Source: a virus
Lineage: Duplodnaviria; Caudoviricetes
IMG/VR virus record: IMGVR_UViG_3300021425_003324
Coordinates: 1 to 64,000 of that record
Length of the DNA stretch: 64,000 bases
Reading direction: 5' to 3' (one strand)
Shown here: piece after piece, positions 38,792 to 49,384 of the stretch
Layout: every line of letters begins with the position of its first letter
How positions within the stretch are numbered: position 1 is the first letter of the stretch
The notes under the pieces: model-generated
Database searches by the model: none
Told to the model about the DNA's origin: nothing
The model's input: only the letters and a program-made list of their open reading frames with translations
Made by a program: the position numbers and the translations under genes

Positions 38792-39817
38792 CTATGGAAA
38801 TTGTGCATTAGGTACACCGCTTACTGAATTTTCAATAAAATCTGCTGCTTTTCCTTCTGCGAAACCTTGTAGTTCTTGTCCTAAAGAACTAGGGTCTAAA
38901 TTTTGTATATTTCGTGCTAAATTTATACCTGCTAAAGCAGCTTGCACTGGATTTTTAAATCCTTGTCCTGTTGTAGCATAATCAAATAAATCTACTCCTC
39001 CGGATAAAACAGCTCCAAAACTTGCAGTTCCTCCTCCTGCTAGAGACAATGGACTTGGTAAGTAATCGTAATGACCCACTTGTGCAAATCCTTTTGGTAT
39101 TTGTCCTTCATTTACTCCACCTCTATCCATCCATACCGTTTCATATGAAACAGTTATACTTAATTCATTAGTTTCTCCACCAGCAGATGCATCGACAGAA
39201 CCGTAGCCTAATTCAGTTATTATAGGATTAACGAGTGTAAAAGTTGTATAAGTTTGTCTAGTAAGTTGACTCATTTGAATGTTAATAAAAAAAGGATTTG
39301 TAACTCCTCTATGATATCCAAATAAGTCTGTATTTCGCTTGCTATTTTGATAAGTGCTATCTCTTGCTCCATACAGTTTATTGTAAGCTTCTGGCTTAAC
39401 GTCATAATTACCATCTAGAAAGTAATAACGATAGTATGCTTCGAGCATTCCGCTTATTATCCCTTGATTATCATCATGGAAATTAATTGTAACTGGATTA
39501 TAGGTTATCCCTGTTTGAATGTGTTTTGTCCTATTATACTTTTTTTTTGTTTCTACATTTGATGTAAAAGTAGGCAATTGGGCATTTTTAACTAACAATC
39601 CACTTTCTAAATCATGTTTTTTAGCATCCCAAGTAGGAAGTGTTTCTCTCAATGCAGGAGAGAAAGTAAAAGCTACATGATATAGGAATTTGGTTTTGGG
39701 AGCAAGCCTATAAGTATTCTTTACAAACGTCTTATCAGCATGACGTGCGTCGCCTAAGTTTCCTTTAGGATTTAACGCACTTTCTGCTACTCCCTGTAAA
39801 TAACCTAATACGTCCAT
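38792..39817 (-). CDS. Tail-tube-fold baseplate/tube initiator protein (gp54/gp48-like)
   Basis: LP.F......YNR.....I.Y.PV.I.FHDD, L.NP.I...ITVSYE, next to the tube genes. Confidence 0.65.
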   Translation of the reverse strand: MDVLGYLQGVAESALNPKGNLGDARHADKTFVKNTYRLAPKTKFLYHVAFTFSPALRETLPTWDAKKHDLESGLLVKNAQLPTFTSNVETKKKYNRTKHIQTGITYNPVTINFHDDNQGIISGMLEAYYRYYFLDGNYDVKPEAYNKLYGARDSTYQNSKRNTDLFGYHRGVTNPFFINIQMSQLTRQTYTTFTLVNPIITELGYGSVDASAGGETNELSITVSYETVWMDRGGVNEGQIPKGFAQVGHYDYLPSPLSLAGGGTASFGAVLSGGVDLFDYATTGQGFKNPVQAALAGINLARNIQNLDPSSLGQELQGFAEGKAADFIENSVSGVPNAQFP

Positions 39818-39831
39818 ATTATCCTTTTAGG

Positions 39832-40479
39832 TTACCCTGTTGAAGTAGTAGTGTTTGTTGTTGGTGTAGAAAGTTTCTTACCTACACCCGGATTATCAGT
39901 ATGCGCGGATTGCAATGCATTGTCATATCTGATGGTCAAAGAAATAGTATTTGCTGCTGACTCGGCATAGTTCAATGAATTGTAGTTTACACTTTGAATG
40001 TAGCATCCCATTAACGTAAAGGTTTCTATTACATATACATCATGGTATCCCCCTGACGCTGAATTTCCTCCGTCTAAAATTTCTATCCTCATAGTAAACT
40101 TATAATCACTTCCAGTTGCAGCACTAGATTGTTCGAAAAAATCAAATTGCTTTTGTAATTGTTCTCCCACTGCATTTTGGACTTTATTAGATATATCATC
40201 TCTAACATTTAAGGTAATTGGCTCCCATGTAGTTTTTCCAGCTAAATAAATCCTTGAATTATAAGTATCTAATGTAATATCATCAAAACTTACATTAGGT
40301 TTTGATACATCAATTACTTGTTGGGTTAGATAAGTTGAATCTCCAGTACCGTCGCTGTCGGATCCAAATTTAGTCAATATTACCCTGTATCTGTATTGGA
40401 GTTTAGGCATAAGTAATGCGCCGTCCGTATCCTCATTATTTCCTACAACTCCAAAATTGTTCAAACTTGCTGTTGGCAT
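39832..40479 (-). CDS. Tail tube protein (gp19-like), copy B
   Basis: LMPKLQYR, YLAGK..WEPI, Q.DFFEQ, LNY...ISLTIRYDNA. Confidence 0.85.
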   Translation of the reverse strand: MPTASLNNFGVVGNNEDTDGALLMPKLQYRYRVILTKFGSDSDGTGDSTYLTQQVIDVSKPNVSFDDITLDTYNSRIYLAGKTTWEPITLNVRDDISNKVQNAVGEQLQKQFDFFEQSSAATGSDYKFTMRIEILDGGNSASGGYHDVYVIETFTLMGCYIQSVNYNSLNYAESAANTISLTIRYDNALQSAHTDNPGVGKKLSTPTTNTTTSTG

Positions 40480-40562
40480 TTTTTTATCTCCTTAATAAAT
40501 TTTACCCTATTCTGTTTTAGCCAGGAGTGATTACATCTTCTCCGGCAAGTTCAGGATCATTA

Positions 40563-41267
40563 TTATCCTGCTGAAACACCTGTGCTTAGTCCGGTACTTG
40601 AAGTTGAAAAGGTTGTTTGCTGGGTAGTGGGGTCAGTTGTATAGGTATTAATCGCAGAACTTAAAGCACTGCCTATTCCTGCACCCTTCCGTACGCTATC
40701 TGTTTGTACAGCATTATCGTAACATATCGTTAGGCTAATAGTTTGTGGTCCGGACTCAGCATAATTCAAAGAATTATAACTGGCACTTTCTATCCAACAT
40801 CCCAATAACGTAAAGGCTTCTAACTCCTCTGGTTTATGATAAGCATTTTTACCATTACCTTTTCCACCGTCTAATACATTTAAAACGAGCGTAAACTTGT
40901 AATCTCCTCCTGCTGCAGCACTAGATTGTTCGAAAAAATCAAATTGCTTTTGTAATTGTTCTCCTACTACCTTTTGTATATTTTTTTGTGCATCATCTAG
41001 TAAATTAATTGTTATAGGTTCCCAATTATGCTTTCCTGCAAGATGAACTCTAGAATTATATATATCAAGTGTAATTTTGTCAAAATTTACAGTGGGTTTT
41101 TGTGCATCAATTACCTGTTTAGTAAATTCTTGACTTAGGGACGTAGTAGAACCAAATCCCGTTACTACGACCCTAAAACGATATTGTAATTTTGGCATTA
41201 ATAAGGCACTAACCCCTGCGTCATCACCCGTGCCTACTATAACACCAAAATTATTTAAACTAGACAT
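40563..41267 (-). CDS. Tail tube protein (gp19-like), copy A
   Basis: Same motifs as copy B; directly downstream of the sheath gene. Confidence 0.85.
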   Translation of the reverse strand: MSSLNNFGVIVGTGDDAGVSALLMPKLQYRFRVVVTGFGSTTSLSQEFTKQVIDAQKPTVNFDKITLDIYNSRVHLAGKHNWEPITINLLDDAQKNIQKVVGEQLQKQFDFFEQSSAAAGGDYKFTLVLNVLDGGKGNGKNAYHKPEELEAFTLLGCWIESASYNSLNYAESGPQTISLTICYDNAVQTDSVRKGAGIGSALSSAINTYTTDPTTQQTTFSTSSTGLSTGVSAG

Positions 41268-41296
41268 AAAATCTCCTATTTGTAATATTTATCTTA

Positions 41297-44200
41297 TTAT
41301 AAACCTGAAATTTCGCCAGTATTTTTAATCCTTAAAGGAATATATATAAATTCTAAAGCTTTTACGGGTTCGATTGCTATATCAATGTGCAACTCACCTC
41401 GGTCAATTCTAGCAGGTGTATTATTACTAGTATCACAAACAATTAAGTAATCATATATACCTCTAAGCGCAACAAGTTCTATAAAGATAGTTTCAATAAT
41501 CGCTTTAACTTCATCTCTTGTTTGTTGATCATTTGGCTCAAATAGATAAGGTTTAGTTGCAATTTTTAGCACTCCTCTTAAATATATGATTAACCTAGCA
41601 ACATTTATTCTATCTAAAGCACTTGCAGTTAATTGTCTAGTTTTTTGGCCATAAGTAATAAGCCCCGCTCCAGTTACAAATGTTATCGGATTAATGTTAT
41701 TTGTATACAATATGTCTCGTAAACCTTCATTAAGTGCAATTGCCTTAAACTCACCTTCATCAGTTATGTAACCTGTTGAGCTAGCGTTTGTTATTGTTCC
41801 TCGTCTTACACCAGCAGGTGCAAACCACGGATAAGATACTTGATCGCTAAGGGCTATGGTGCGCAACATCATATGACTAGGAGGTACAACAACATTATTT
41901 CCGAAATTGTCACTTGTAAATCCACTTGGGTAGTACATTCCAACGTATGGATCAGCAGTTACAACTCCGTTTATGTTGTCTTCTAATGCTAAATTTACAT
42001 TTGTAGCCCAATTATTTAACACAGTACCATTAGGTTGTAATCTAAACGGTGTATCAGCAATTATAAATGCGGACAAATTTCTATCATAGTTTAGTGACAC
42101 TAATTCATTAGTAAGCTCAGGATAACCTGGACAACTTAATAAATTAAATAATCTAGATTCATCGTCTCTTATATCTTGGTTGCTGTTAACTTCAGCTTGT
42201 AATCTTTGGACAACTACTTTTCTTTGAGCATGGCGACCAAAAGTTCCTGATCCGTCCTCTTGATTTCCTGACTCTGTTGTCCATCTAGCAGGAGCATAGT
42301 TACTCATTGATTCATCATTATATCTAATATTTTTTTCTGCAGTATCAATATAAGATTTTTGATATTTTTTCACATTAAATCCGCTACGTCTTGTGTTAAC
42401 CAATAACATTCCTTTTGGATATAATGCCGGATCTGGACTGTCTGGATCAACAAAATCACTTGATAATAAATCTTTTATATCTCCTGGTTCGTCGCTATTG
42501 CTCCCTGCAGTATTATATCTTGCGTCAGCAAATAATACACCTTCTTCAGTTGTTTGATCTGAAGTGTCTAATTCAAACCATCTTTTTACCAAAGGTAGAT
42601 CTGTTCTTGCTGCATTAAATTTATAAAGTTTAGGATAATTATCAATATCCGAAGTGTCAACCCAAAGGTCTCCAGTAACAAGTGCTGTATTGTCACTTTG
42701 TAACAATGGCATAGTTGCTGAAACAATAGGTCCTGCTGGATCTGTTTGCAAAGCAGTATCTACATTATAATAAGGACTTGCAGCACCTACAGCACCTCCG
42801 TTATACAATAGTCCTACAAACTCAGAACCATTATGGACTAAGATATCTATTTCGTCTACAGTTGAGCTATACCATAGTTGCCCTTCTTCTGTATCTCCTA
42901 ATGGTTGATCATCTGATGCTACATAAGTTAGTACATTCCATAAGCTTGCTTGCAAATACATAGCATTACTGTAACCTTGTTGGTAATATAAATTTGGTGT
43001 ACCATTAGCAGCATCAACATAAACAGTAAATCCTGCTGATGCTAAAACACTGTCAGTATCTACAAATTTAATTTCTCCACCTAGCGCATGACTTATCACT
43101 ACACGATTAGTATTAGTTACAGAAGCTGTAACATTAGGAACATTTGCATCGTTTATTGCACCAGCCAATAGTGTTGAATCTGTTGATAATCCGTTATATG
43201 TTGCAGTTACTGTAATTATATCGCTATAATTAGCAGTTGCTTTTTCAGTTCCTTGGATAGTAAATGATTTTGAACCAGCTCCAATTGACCCATCTATTAT
43301 AATACTGCCTGTAATCGTTGTAGGACCTGTGTCCATTCTTTTCATTAATTTATGTATAGCTGTTGGCAACGCTCCAGCTGATACATCGGTTTGCATATAG
43401 ACGTCAGTCATTTGCAGATTTGACCCACCTCCTGCAATGTCTAAATTATACAATGCTTCGGCGTTTGATTTGTAAACATTTACTGTGTTTGTGTCCCATA
43501 ATTTAACCGCATCATTCCAAGTTTTTAAATCTATTTTAATTCCTTGATTAGGTTCTGTTATTTTGATCCATACACTACCGGAAGGACGAGGTTGCGTAGC
43601 GGAAAGTTTATAATCTGGAATATCTGTATGCTTAGAAATTTGCAGTTTAGGCGGATAATAAGTGCCATCTGTAAAACCAATATCTGATTCCGGATCTATG
43701 TCAGCAGATGCAGTACTTGCTATTGCCATGGTCGTCCATTCTTGGTTATTCCAATAGCTATTAACATAAATTTCTAATTTACCGTTTACAGCAGCAGCCG
43801 ATACAACTGGAGTTAATGAAAAAACGGTGTTAATGGTGTCAGCAACGTCTGAAGCTGTATCCCCACTAGTAACATTAATAACCTGCGGGTCTCCTGATAA
43901 TGCATGACCCTCTGCACTTATAACAGTAATAGTAAATGATGCTGCCTGGACTCCTGATATTGTAAATACTTCGCTACCTTGTAGTGTAGGCCAGCTTTTA
44001 CTCCATGCTCCACTTCCTACTAGTACCCATGTTCCTGTATTATTCCTATAAAATGTTTTATTTAGTGTAGAGGTTGCAACAACAGCATATGAGCCCACGT
44101 TGCCAACACTTTTAGAAGGTATTACGCCTGAGAACCCGTTTGTTTCAACAGATCCTGTATTTGAAGTTAAAGAATCGTCAGTAATAACGATTGCTTTTTT

Positions 44201-44689
44201 GTATGTAAAATTTTGTCCTCCATTTAATATACTAGCTCCGTTCCATTCTTGCACACCCCAAATTGTAGTACTAGTGTCCAGCCAATAAGCACCATCGGTT
44301 GGATCAGATCCAGGTGCTGTAGAACTTGCCTCAATCTGATTTAGATCAATGTCTGCTCTTACTACCCATGCGCTGTTGGCTATTCCTAGATATGAATATG
44401 CTGCTTGCAGCCCATATTCGTTTAATTCGCTTGCATGTATCGGGTTGTTGTTGGCATCAATTTGGAATATCGGATCTCCAAATGTGTCAACTAAATCTCG
44501 TTGTGATGTAATCAAATAAGGTATTCCTGCATTTGCATTTAATGTTCCTCTTGCAATTCCTGTACCTGCACCATTAGGCTTGTTACTTGCCGTTGCAATA
44601 AACAGTGCCGGAACTGTTCCTTGTTGTGCTGGTATATAAAAACTCTCGTCAACAACTTTTACTTCTACTCCTGGTGATACTAGTGCCAT
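41297..44689 (-). CDS. Tail sheath protein (gp18-like) with large insertion domains
   Basis: MALVSPGVEV, FGDP, WFAPAG..RG, LY...INPI, GQKT, ALDRINV.RL, FEPND, EFIYIP. Confidence 0.93.
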   Translation of the reverse strand: MALVSPGVEVKVVDESFYIPAQQGTVPALFIATASNKPNGAGTGIARGTLNANAGIPYLITSQRDLVDTFGDPIFQIDANNNPIHASELNEYGLQAAYSYLGIANSAWVVRADIDLNQIEASSTAPGSDPTDGAYWLDTSTTIWGVQEWNGASILNGGQNFTYKKAIVITDDSLTSNTGSVETNGFSGVIPSKSVGNVGSYAVVATSTLNKTFYRNNTGTWVLVGSGAWSKSWPTLQGSEVFTISGVQAASFTITVISAEGHALSGDPQVINVTSGDTASDVADTINTVFSLTPVVSAAAVNGKLEIYVNSYWNNQEWTTMAIASTASADIDPESDIGFTDGTYYPPKLQISKHTDIPDYKLSATQPRPSGSVWIKITEPNQGIKIDLKTWNDAVKLWDTNTVNVYKSNAEALYNLDIAGGGSNLQMTDVYMQTDVSAGALPTAIHKLMKRMDTGPTTITGSIIIDGSIGAGSKSFTIQGTEKATANYSDIITVTATYNGLSTDSTLLAGAINDANVPNVTASVTNTNRVVISHALGGEIKFVDTDSVLASAGFTVYVDAANGTPNLYYQQGYSNAMYLQASLWNVLTYVASDDQPLGDTEEGQLWYSSTVDEIDILVHNGSEFVGLLYNGGAVGAASPYYNVDTALQTDPAGPIVSATMPLLQSDNTALVTGDLWVDTSDIDNYPKLYKFNAARTDLPLVKRWFELDTSDQTTEEGVLFADARYNTAGSNSDEPGDIKDLLSSDFVDPDSPDPALYPKGMLLVNTRRSGFNVKKYQKSYIDTAEKNIRYNDESMSNYAPARWTTESGNQEDGSGTFGRHAQRKVVVQRLQAEVNSNQDIRDDESRLFNLLSCPGYPELTNELVSLNYDRNLSAFIIADTPFRLQPNGTVLNNWATNVNLALEDNINGVVTADPYVGMYYPSGFTSDNFGNNVVVPPSHMMLRTIALSDQVSYPWFAPAGVRRGTITNASSTGYITDEGEFKAIALNEGLRDILYTNNINPITFVTGAGLITYGQKTRQLTASALDRINVARLIIYLRGVLKIATKPYLFEPNDQQTRDEVKAIIETIFIELVALRGIYDYLIVCDTSNNTPARIDRGELHIDIAIEPVKALEFIYIPLRIKNTGEISGL

Positions 44690-44798
44690 GTTATTCTCCT
44701 ATTAGGCTAATTCTATTAATAGTATTTAGTTGGATTTAAGAAAAATTGAGTTGGATAACCAGTATAAAAAGGTATACAAAAGGTATGGTAAATATTAT

Positions 44799-45137
44799 AT
44801 GAGACCTTTATGTATTTGTGGTTTTAGACCTGCAGCAATCAACTATAAAAAAAATAATAAAATATATTATAGGAAGAAATGCGATACTTGCTTGAAATCA
44901 TCAAGTCTAGGCGTAGGAATACCTAAGTGGAAATTTAGCGGATACACAAAAAAAAATTTTTGTGAAAAATGTAAATTTACTAGTCCGTATCCAGAACAAT
45001 TTAATGTCTATCATATAGATGGAAATTTACAAAATTGTAGATTTTCTAACTTAAAAACAATTTGTGCAAATTGTCAACGTATTTTACACAAAGAAGGAGT
45101 AAAATGGAAGCAAGGAGATTTAATACCAGATTTCTAG
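44799..45137 (+). CDS. Small HNH-like Zn-binding protein; start likely MRPLC at 44799
   Basis: CxxC pairs, HIDGN..N....NL.TICANC. Confidence 0.7.
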   Translation: MRPLCICGFRPAAINYKKNNKIYYRKKCDTCLKSSSLGVGIPKWKFSGYTKKNFCEKCKFTSPYPEQFNVYHIDGNLQNCRFSNLKTICANCQRILHKEGVKWKQGDLIPDF

Positions 45138-45892
45138 CCTATAATAAATCCATATCCTGTACCGCCTGCAACTGCTGTAGAAATTTCTTGTTCTAATTTT
45201 TCCATTTCTGCTTGTGCTTCGGCTTTTAATGCATCACCATTCAGTTGTCCACCGCCTTGTGGTCCGGCTATTGTAGCAAATTTAGATCGTGCTTCGCCAA
45301 GCATCATTTTACACATTGCTAAAGCATAGTCTTTTATCCAAACATTACCCATATAATCACTTAATAATTGATCGTCTGGTCTGTAGTTATAACACTCTAG
45401 TAATAACGTTTCTTCTGCTCTAGGTCGTTGTAGTATTGTTAAGACATGACGTGTCCTATTCCAATTGAATTCTATAAAAGATCCAAACATCCTTCCTACA
45501 AGTTCTTGGAATTGACTAAAAAAATCATAGGTTGCTAAACCGCCTAAATTAGAACTTGCAAGTAAATAGGTATTTGTATATGCTAAGTTAAATGGCTCAA
45601 ATATACTACCACCGTCACCGCCGCCTGTTCTAGATCCTATACTTCGTCTAAATATGCGTCTTACCTCTAAAATTTCTTTTGGAAGTGTATAGGTGTTTTG
45701 ATCTACAATAGTTGGCATAAAAAAATAACTTTCTTCTGTACTATTTTCATTCCGTTGCCTATATCTTGATAAAGCTTTGTCTAATGCAGTTTCATAATGT
45801 ACAGGGTCAAGTTCTACATCTACCATTCCTCCACCTAACATGTTGTGAATGTAATCGTAAACTTCTTGTCTTAACGTAGCTATTTCAGTCAT
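45134..45892 (-). CDS. Neck protein (T4 gp13-like)
   Basis: LGGGMVDVEL, WIKDY..A..K..LG..RSKF..I.GP.GG..LNG. Confidence 0.85.
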   Translation of the reverse strand: MTEIATLRQEVYDYIHNMLGGGMVDVELDPVHYETALDKALSRYRQRNENSTEESYFFMPTIVDQNTYTLPKEILEVRRIFRRSIGSRTGGGDGGSIFEPFNLAYTNTYLLASSNLGGLATYDFFSQFQELVGRMFGSFIEFNWNRTRHVLTILQRPRAEETLLLECYNYRPDDQLLSDYMGNVWIKDYALAMCKMMLGEARSKFATIAGPQGGGQLNGDALKAEAQAEMEKLEQEISTAVAGGTGYGFIIG

Positions 45893-45906
45893 ATTTTTAG
45901 GTCTCC

Positions 45907-45935
45907 TATTGTATTTATCGACGATAAATACAATA
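45907..45935. promoter_or_regulatory. Perfect palindrome holding back-to-back late-promoter motifs for the gp13-like and gp14-like genes
   Basis: TATTGTATTTATCG-A-CGATAAATACAATA (14-bp arms, 1-nt centre). Confidence 0.8.
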
Positions 45936-47101
45936 TGCCTAGAATATCTTTATACAAACCTACAAAAGGTAATGATTACAATTTTATAGATGCAAGAATT
46001 TTAGAAATGTTTACAGTTGGGGGGACCGATTTACATTTACACAAATATCTTGGTCCAAAAAATCCAAGCTTAGAAGAAAGTACAAATGATGTGCCGCATT
46101 ACGATGCTGTAAGAGAAACAAATATACAAGATTTGTTATTTTTAGAAAATCGTGATAGAAAATACGATGAAAACATCTATAGAATTCGCGGTATTTATAA
46201 TGTACAAGATATAGATTTTAATCTAAGTCAATTTGGATTATTCCTTAGTAATGATACAATATTTTTAACAGTTCATATAAACAGTGTGGTAAAAACCATT
46301 GGTAGGAAAATTATGAGCGGAGATGTGATTGAATTACCACATATGAAAGATGAGTATGCTGCAAATGACTTTCAAATTGCTTTAAAAAGTTACTATGTTG
46401 TTGAAGAAATAAGTAGAGCAGCAGAAGGATATAGTCCTACATGGTATCCTCATCTATATAGATTAAAATGTAAACAAATTGTTGATAGTCAAGAATTTAA
46501 AGATATATTAGATCTTCCAATGGATGAAGAAGCTCCTGCAGCAGGTAGTTTGAGAGACTTGTTATCAACATATGAAACGGACATGCAAATAAACGACGCT
46601 GTTGTTGCTCAAGCAGAAGTTAATGCTAAATTGTCTGGATATGATGTATCGCATTTATTTACTGTTGCAAGGAAAGAAGACGGCAGTGTAAATATTGTTA
46701 CTGCTGACATAACAACATTAGATGCAAGCACAATTAATGAATTAGCTGATCGTGTAATGCAAACCCCAGAAAGAAATGGATATATTGGATATTTAACTGG
46801 TGATGGTATACCACCAAATGGAGAATATTTCGGATATGGTATTGAATTTCCGGATGGAAGTATAGAAGGTGATTATTATTTACGTACAGATACAAAACCA
46901 CAACGATTGTTTAGATTTGATGGTTACCAGTGGAGAAAAATAGAAGATGTAAGTAGAATGACACTAAGTAATACAGATGATAGGCAAACGCACAGAACAA
47001 GTTTTGTGAATAATACAAATCAGACAACAATAGGAGATGAGACATTTGATGAACGGCAAAGCCTCAGTCAAGCTTTACGTGCAAAACCTGATAATGTCTA
47101 A
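45935..47101 (+). CDS. Neck/head-closure protein (T4 gp14-like)
   Basis: DLLFLENRDR.Y, LSQFGL, GDVIELP, WYPHLYR; lies between gp13 and gp15. Confidence 0.75.
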   Translation: MPRISLYKPTKGNDYNFIDARILEMFTVGGTDLHLHKYLGPKNPSLEESTNDVPHYDAVRETNIQDLLFLENRDRKYDENIYRIRGIYNVQDIDFNLSQFGLFLSNDTIFLTVHINSVVKTIGRKIMSGDVIELPHMKDEYAANDFQIALKSYYVVEEISRAAEGYSPTWYPHLYRLKCKQIVDSQEFKDILDLPMDEEAPAAGSLRDLLSTYETDMQINDAVVAQAEVNAKLSGYDVSHLFTVARKEDGSVNIVTADITTLDASTINELADRVMQTPERNGYIGYLTGDGIPPNGEYFGYGIEFPDGSIEGDYYLRTDTKPQRLFRFDGYQWRKIEDVSRMTLSNTDDRQTHRTSFVNNTNQTTIGDETFDERQSLSQALRAKPDNV

Positions 47102-47112
47102 GGATAGTAAGT

Positions 47113-48579
47113 ATGTTACATTTTTATGATGGTCAAATAAGAAGATATATTACACAGATTGTTAGGGTCTTTAGTAATTTTTCTCACAAAGATATAGATG
47201 GAAATATAAAGAAAATTCCTGTAGTTTATGGAGATTTGGCTAGGCAAGTAGGAAGTATTCTAAAAGATAATTCAGAATTAAAAATTTTAAGTGTTCCTAA
47301 AATGTCTGTTTACATAACGAACTTAGAAATGGATAGGCAAAGAACTGGTGACAGTACATTTGTTAGAAAAACAAATTTAGTCGAAAGAGAATACAATTCT
47401 ATAACAAAAGAATACAATAATAAAAAAGGCAAAGGCTATACTGTAGAAAAATTAATGCCAAGTCCCTACACGTTATCTGTGAATGTAGATATTTGGTCTA
47501 GTAATACAGATCAAAAATTACAAATACTTGAACAAATTTTAATGCTGTTCAATCCTAGTTTAGAAATCCAAACTACAGATAATTTTATTGATTGGACAAG
47601 TTTATCTGTTCTAAATTTAGATCAAATAAACTTTAGCAGTAGAAGTATAGGCGCTAGTACAGAAAGTGAAATAGATATTGCATCTTTAACATTGTCTACA
47701 CCTATCTATATTTCTATGCCTGTTAAGGTAAAAAAGCTTGGAATAATTCATCAAATAATCACAAGTATATTTAATGAGAGTGCAAATAATGTAGATTTAA
47801 ATTTAACTATGCCTGAATTATTAGCATATTCAGAAAATCGATTTAAGTCTGACGCAGTACATAAAATTGTTATAGATGAAAATGGAAATGAAATTGTAGA
47901 ATATGGAGACCTAACTGCATCTAAGGACTTAGTTGATTCGGTTGTAGCAACTACTGTAGGGAATTTGGATTTACTTGTCCTTGGCACTACAATAAAATTA
48001 TTAGATAAAACAAAACCTAATAGTAGTTTTAGTTGGATAGAATATTTTTTAAATTATCCAGAACAATATGTAGATAATATTACGGAAATTAGGTTATATC
48101 AAACTGTATACGAAAATGATATTATCGGTACCGTGTCGATAAATCCAAAAAATGCAGAAGAACTTTTTGTCGTGTGGGATATTGATTCTTTGCCAACAGA
48201 TTCAATTATATCTGGTCCAACAGGTAATAAAACTAAAATAGATTTTATAATTGATCCTACAAAAACAAATCCAGAAAATCTAAAATTTGTTGGGTTACGA
48301 TTAATACTTTTAGATAGTCCTTTAGGAGATTTAAATAATATTGACGGCCCCAACGGTTGGAAAAATAATGATAATTCAGATTTTTATGCTGATATTAATG
48401 ATATAGTCGAATGGGACGGAAGCAAATGGGTAATTGTTTTTGATGCAAGTGAGCATGTTGGAGATCCTGTTTACACTACAAACCTAAATACAAATGTCCA
48501 ATACAAATTTATAAACAACGCATGGGTATTGTCATACGAAGGTGAGTATCCAAATGGCAGTTGGCGTATCCAATTTTGA
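47113..48579 (+). CDS. Tail terminator / sheath stabilizer (T4 gp15-like) with C-terminal extension
   Basis: FYDGQIRRY, IPVVYG, P.PY.L, QILEQI...FNP. Confidence 0.85.
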   Translation: MLHFYDGQIRRYITQIVRVFSNFSHKDIDGNIKKIPVVYGDLARQVGSILKDNSELKILSVPKMSVYITNLEMDRQRTGDSTFVRKTNLVEREYNSITKEYNNKKGKGYTVEKLMPSPYTLSVNVDIWSSNTDQKLQILEQILMLFNPSLEIQTTDNFIDWTSLSVLNLDQINFSSRSIGASTESEIDIASLTLSTPIYISMPVKVKKLGIIHQIITSIFNESANNVDLNLTMPELLAYSENRFKSDAVHKIVIDENGNEIVEYGDLTASKDLVDSVVATTVGNLDLLVLGTTIKLLDKTKPNSSFSWIEYFLNYPEQYVDNITEIRLYQTVYENDIIGTVSINPKNAEELFVVWDIDSLPTDSIISGPTGNKTKIDFIIDPTKTNPENLKFVGLRLILLDSPLGDLNNIDGPNGWKNNDNSDFYADINDIVEWDGSKWVIVFDASEHVGDPVYTTNLNTNVQYKFINNAWVLSYEGEYPNGSWRIQF

Positions 48580-48591
48580 TATAACTACTGT

Positions 48592-49044
48592 ATGAAGAAA
48601 ATTGTTTGTAGTGGGGCATTATTATATGCAAAAAATAGCCAAAGATTTTTATTCCTCCATAGAGCACAAGGTAAGAATGGTAATTTATGGGGACTTGCAG
48701 GCGGAACTAATGAGGCTAGTGAAACACCGTGGACAGGGCTTGTTAGAGAAATAAAAGAAGAAATAGGCTGCATTGATATTATTAAATCTATACCTTTAGA
48801 AACATTTGTTAGTAATGATGATTATTTTTTGTTCCATACATATTTGTGTATAGTTGAGAATGAATTTTTACCTATTTTAAATCAAGAACATGATGGATAT
48901 GCTTGGGTAAAACTTTCTATGTGGCCAAAGCCTTTACATCCTGGGTTACGAAACACATTAAATACAAAAATTAATCAAGCAAAATTACAAACAGTAATAA
49001 ATTTAATACAATTATTAGAAAAAAACAATGACGAACTCTGTTAA
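48592..49044 (+). CDS. NUDIX hydrolase
   Basis: GG.NE.SE......REIKEEIG Nudix box. Confidence 0.88.
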   Translation: MKKIVCSGALLYAKNSQRFLFLHRAQGKNGNLWGLAGGTNEASETPWTGLVREIKEEIGCIDIIKSIPLETFVSNDDYFLFHTYLCIVENEFLPILNQEHDGYAWVKLSMWPKPLHPGLRNTLNTKINQAKLQTVINLIQLLEKNNDELC

Positions 49045-49384
49045 AAAAACTGCATGGGGGTATGAACTACATTGGGCAATGCAAAAAACTTACACTGGAA
49101 AAATTTTTGTTTTTGATAAAATTAGTAATACAGATATGATTTTTCATAAGCATAAAAACAAAAGTTTTTTTGTAAATAGTGGTAAATTTAAAGTTAGATT
49201 TGTTGATTTATCAAACGGAGATTTTAAAGAAACATCTTTAGACGAAGGCGGAACTATTGATATACCTGCATTCACACCGCATCAAATTTGTTGCACTACA
49301 AGCAATGGATCTATCAACGAAGTAAGCGATAGTAATAACGAAGAAGATATTTACATATTATTACAAGAAAAATTTATTAAATAA
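49028..49384 (+). CDS. Cupin-domain protein (sugar isomerase-like)
   Basis: K.WGYE..W, FH..K..SF.V.SG, IP..PHQ, EVS. Confidence 0.7.
   Translation: MTNSVKKTAWGYELHWAMQKTYTGKIFVFDKISNTDMIFHKHKNKSFFVNSGKFKVRFVDLSNGDFKETSLDEGGTIDIPAFTPHQICCTTSNGSINEVSDSNNEEDIYILLQEKFIK

Noticed and set aside
44730-45137. HNH ORF as a mobile homing endonuclease or intron
   Set aside because: Very short, freestanding, does not interrupt a gene, and the final His is replaced (CANCQR); no intron structure seen
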